In this document: piece by piece, positions 62,301-64,000 of the stretch
How the letters are laid out: each line of letters opens with the position of its first letter
Position numbering within the stretch: the stretch's first letter is position 1
DNA from: Perna viridis
Lineage: Eukaryota
Assembly: GCA_037379345.1 (NCBI GenBank)
Contig: CM074517.1
Location: 17,112,001 to 17,176,000 of the forward strand
Reading direction: 5' to 3'
Length of the DNA: 64,000 nucleotides
Notes under the pieces: model-generated
Told to the model about the DNA's origin: nothing
Seen by the model: only the letters and a program-made list of their open reading frames with translations
Databases searched by the model: none
Made by a program: the position numbers and the translations under genes

Positions 62301-63827
62301 TTGGCACAATAGTACCCCTTTTGGGGAACCAAAATTGACCAAAAAAAACAACAATTTTTCAGTCTGAACTTCTTGGGCTGTTGTAATATTACCTGGATTA
62401 GCCCCTTCACGGTAAACCACTGGCAGATCTTTATACTGGAGATAATACTGTATATGTCCCATCTCATGATGTATCGTTACCAGATGTTCCATTGTGATAT
62501 CAGTACACATCTTGATTCTAAAATGAAGAATTACAATCTAAATGGTATACAAAAAATATTTCTACCAGTAACACTTTTGTGTTTTAAAGACATATGACCC
62601 ATTGTAACTTATAATTTTTTGACATCCATGAATAAGTAATACTGGACACTAAATTCTAAATGATACCCCAATGCAGTACAAGAAGATAAGTGTTATTAGT
62701 AGCTTAATGTAAAGAGTAAAATGCTTGACAAAAATGAATAAACTCAAATATTAAATAGATTATTTAGTGTTTCATAGTATATTTATATGATTTCTTGAAG
62801 GTTTAGAGATAATAGAAAATTAGAATCACACTTGCTACCCATGAATTTAATCAAACTGGTGTGTCAAACAGAACATAAGAATCACATTTTAGTTGGTGTG
62901 TCAAACACACTTGCTACCCATAGTTAAACTGGTATGTCAAAGTTTACTGCACAAATAACAAGTGTCTTCAGATTCAAGGAAGTCAAGGTTGACAATGACA
63001 GCACCATACCATTATATGTCACAATCTTTCTTTTTATAGTTAGGCCACATCAAGTAAATTTGTAGATCTCATCACCTCCAGCCCCTACTCAAAGGGCCCA
63101 CCCCAATTTTTTTCTTTTTGACTTTTTCATAGTGGTTCAAATTTCCAGATTTCTTTTGTCTTTAGATCTCAGGATGGTTTTTGTTGTTAGTTGTATTATA
63201 AGGGGAATTAAAGAAATACAGCTTTGGTATGGCACAAATATAATCGAAAGTACACATTTCCAGGATTTCTTCAACGAATTTGTCAGCGGGAATAAGATTT
63301 TACAAATCTTGGAAAAATTAAAAATAAAATCCTCCTACCCGCCCCATATTTTTAGTTTCTGGTGGATGAGAATCTACAAATTAATTGATATGGCCTTATA
63401 CAAATATGAAAGACCAAGGCTTGCATATGTAATATTCAGCACCATTTGATCTAAAATAAATATAACCTTAGCTCATATCATAATTCTGATTACCATTTTC
63501 TGTCAATAGTCATATGTGTTTCATTGTTTCATGTACAAATAAGTTCATATCAGTACATGCATTTGAATGGAGCTGCTGTAACAAGAAACATGAACAAGCA
63601 GACAGACAGACAGATAAGGAAAATCGACCATACTTATTTTTACACAAAATACAACACCTGAAATCCTTCTGGTTATAGAAGTCCCATGCAGAAGCATGAC
63701 ATACAATATCTCTATCCTTGGGCTTCTCTAACACAGAGTTATTCCAAAACAATTCTGGCATTTCAGTTAAATTCAAAGATTTAAAGAACTGTTCTGCAGT
63801 CATGAACATCCTTTTTACAGTGTAATT
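37152..63827 (-). CDS. ACE: Multidomain angiotensin-converting enzyme-like peptidase (family M2), 31 exons in window, 5' end beyond the window
   Basis: Three sets of ACE motifs ([14 protein letters not shown], GFHEAx[11 protein letters not shown], DFDPxAKYHIP, PYIRYF, GSSxPW). All introns are GT-AG. Summed exon length is 4593 nt (1531 codons including stop) in one frame. Confidence 0.95.
38005..38400. repeat. Dispersed repeat copy with an internal ~87-bp tandem duplication
   Basis: aaatggtataccaatc.taaaagtt..tcaaagaatt.tgaaaaac.catatttactgcta occurs twice. Confidence 0.7.
38735..39055 (+). mobile_element. SINE-like element
   Basis: Collinear similarity to 13160-13480. Confidence 0.6.
39620..39995 (-). 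repeat. 38-bp tandem array of an ACE exon end and splice donor (about 10 copies)
   Basis: Minus-strand unit cctgctaatgtcccttacatcag|gtatgtagccgtacc; units start at 39971, 39933, 39895, 39857, 39819, 39781, 39743, 39705. Confidence 0.95.
40534..40795 (-). repeat. 71-bp tandem array of an ACE exon end and splice donor (about 3.7 copies)
   Basis: taactcccacc at 40534, 40605, 40676, 40747. Confidence 0.95.
41349..41532. mobile_element. MITE (tactgtgaaagt family)
   Basis: actgtgaaagt...ttcgtggataccaatttt / tactttcaca. Confidence 0.65.
43039..43230 (-). repeat. 36-bp x3 duplication of an ACE splice acceptor and a degenerate partial exon copy
   Basis: atgtacagtatagccctgcaataatgattata at 43039, 43075, 43111; pseudo-exon at 43146-43214. 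Confidence 0.8.
44859..44952. repeat. 31-bp tandem repeat x3
   Basis: tagataaccaaggaacctggaaagggaga at 44859, 44890, 44921. Confidence 0.9.
45982..46381 (+). mobile_element. TTAA-flanked ~400-bp non-autonomous DNA transposon, copy 1
   Basis: ttaa-gtagc...taagaatcatgcaaa / tttgcatgattctta...gctac-ttaa termini. Confidence 0.8.
48249..56773 (-). CDS. ACE module B and linker; exons 56612-56773, 56089-56176, 54250-54393, 53328-53522, 52690-52787, 51393-51562, 51035-51159, 50296-50394, 49631-49775, 49318-49416, 49002-49124, 48249-48561
   Basis: 12 exons totalling 1761 nt; [43 protein letters not shown]. Confidence 0.93.
50460..50862 (-). mobile_element. TTAA-flanked ~400-bp non-autonomous DNA transposon, copy 2 (inverted relative to copy 1)
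   Basis: Reverse complement of 45982-46381 along its whole length. Confidence 0.8.
52109..52313. mobile_element. TA-flanked palindromic MITE with internal ttcacgtgaa repeats
   Basis: tacacaggcaaa / tttgcctgtgta termini; interior made of ttcac(a/g)tgaa variants. Confidence 0.8.
52429..52640. mobile_element. TA-flanked MITE (tactgtgaaagt family)
   Basis: tactgtgaaagta...tggggtaccaatttt / aaaattggtacccacgaataaaagtactttcaaagta. Confidence 0.8.
53890..54278 (-). repeat. 41-bp tandem array derived from an ACE exon end and splice donor (about 8-9 copies)
   Basis: atgtcatac at 54241, 54198, 54157, 54116, 54075, with decayed copies beyond; the unit matches the end of exon 54250-54393. Confidence 0.85.
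54635..55415. repeat. 22-bp minisatellite, about 35 copies
   Basis: actgagtcacactaacacatcc alternating with accaagtaacactaacacatc variants. Confidence 0.9.
57066..63827 (-). CDS. ACE module A (C-terminal half) and linker; exons 63658-63827, 62393-62517, 60828-60926, 60165-60309, 59482-59580, 58211-58333, 57066-57396
   Basis: [17 protein letters not shown] / [14 protein letters not shown] / GFHEAVGD / WWDLK / [13 protein letters not shown] / [11 protein letters not shown] / [10 protein letters not shown]..., reading without a stop into the N-terminal helix of the next module. Confidence 0.92.
61374..61553. repeat. ~90-bp direct tandem duplication
   Basis: aaatttagccttctgagtggtttcagaggagatg...gatggaagacaac occurs twice, nearly identical. 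Confidence 0.9.
63040..63398. mobile_element. MITE (taggcca...tggcctta family)
   Basis: TIRs taggccacatcaagtaaatttgtagatctcatc / gatgagaatctacaaattaattgatatggcctta. Confidence 0.75.
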
Positions 63828-64000
63828 CTACAATCAAAATTTAAAAACATCTGGCATTTAAGTACTTTAAGCACTAATTTTCATGGTTTAACTAAAAAAT
63901 TGTTGTTTAGTGGACCTAATAAGAATAGAAATGCCATGTACAGTGTTTCAACAGAAAACAGACACATATATAATAGTTAACTTTGTTTTGTGATTTTTAC

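Noticed and set aside
37152-63827. Three separate tandem ACE genes or pseudogenes
   Set aside because: The linker exons have no stop, signal peptide or anchor between modules, and all phases join. Only module C has a stop and a hydrophobic tail.

Overview
AT-rich, intron-rich eukaryotic DNA. The repeat content suggests an invertebrate, probably a bivalve mollusc (inference, not confirmed). Two genes converge tail-to-tail. (1) Plus strand: a doublecortin-like Ser/Thr kinase (DCLK3-type). It has one DCX domain, a long charged helical spacer and an intact CAMK-type kinase domain. There are six firm exons at 22261-31395 and a probable upstream exon at 4813-5052. (2) Minus strand: the 3' part of an angiotensin-converting-enzyme (peptidase M2) gene. 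It has 31 GT-AG exons at 37152-63827 that splice in one frame into about 1530 aa. These encode at least three tandem catalytic modules (each with HEMGH and EAxGD) and a GPI-signal-like C-terminus; the gene continues beyond the window. Unusual structure in the ACE gene: four tandem arrays made of duplicated exon/intron junctions (decoy splice sites); an inverted pair of TTAA-flanked MITEs bracketing a 7-exon, 1029-nt in-frame block; a patch of near-identity between modules; and an intronic minisatellite with ten AP-1 sites. The rest is intron containing satellites (including a 17/51/425-bp hierarchical array), several MITE families and SINE-like elements. All exon coordinates were derived by hand from splice signals and reading-frame continuity.
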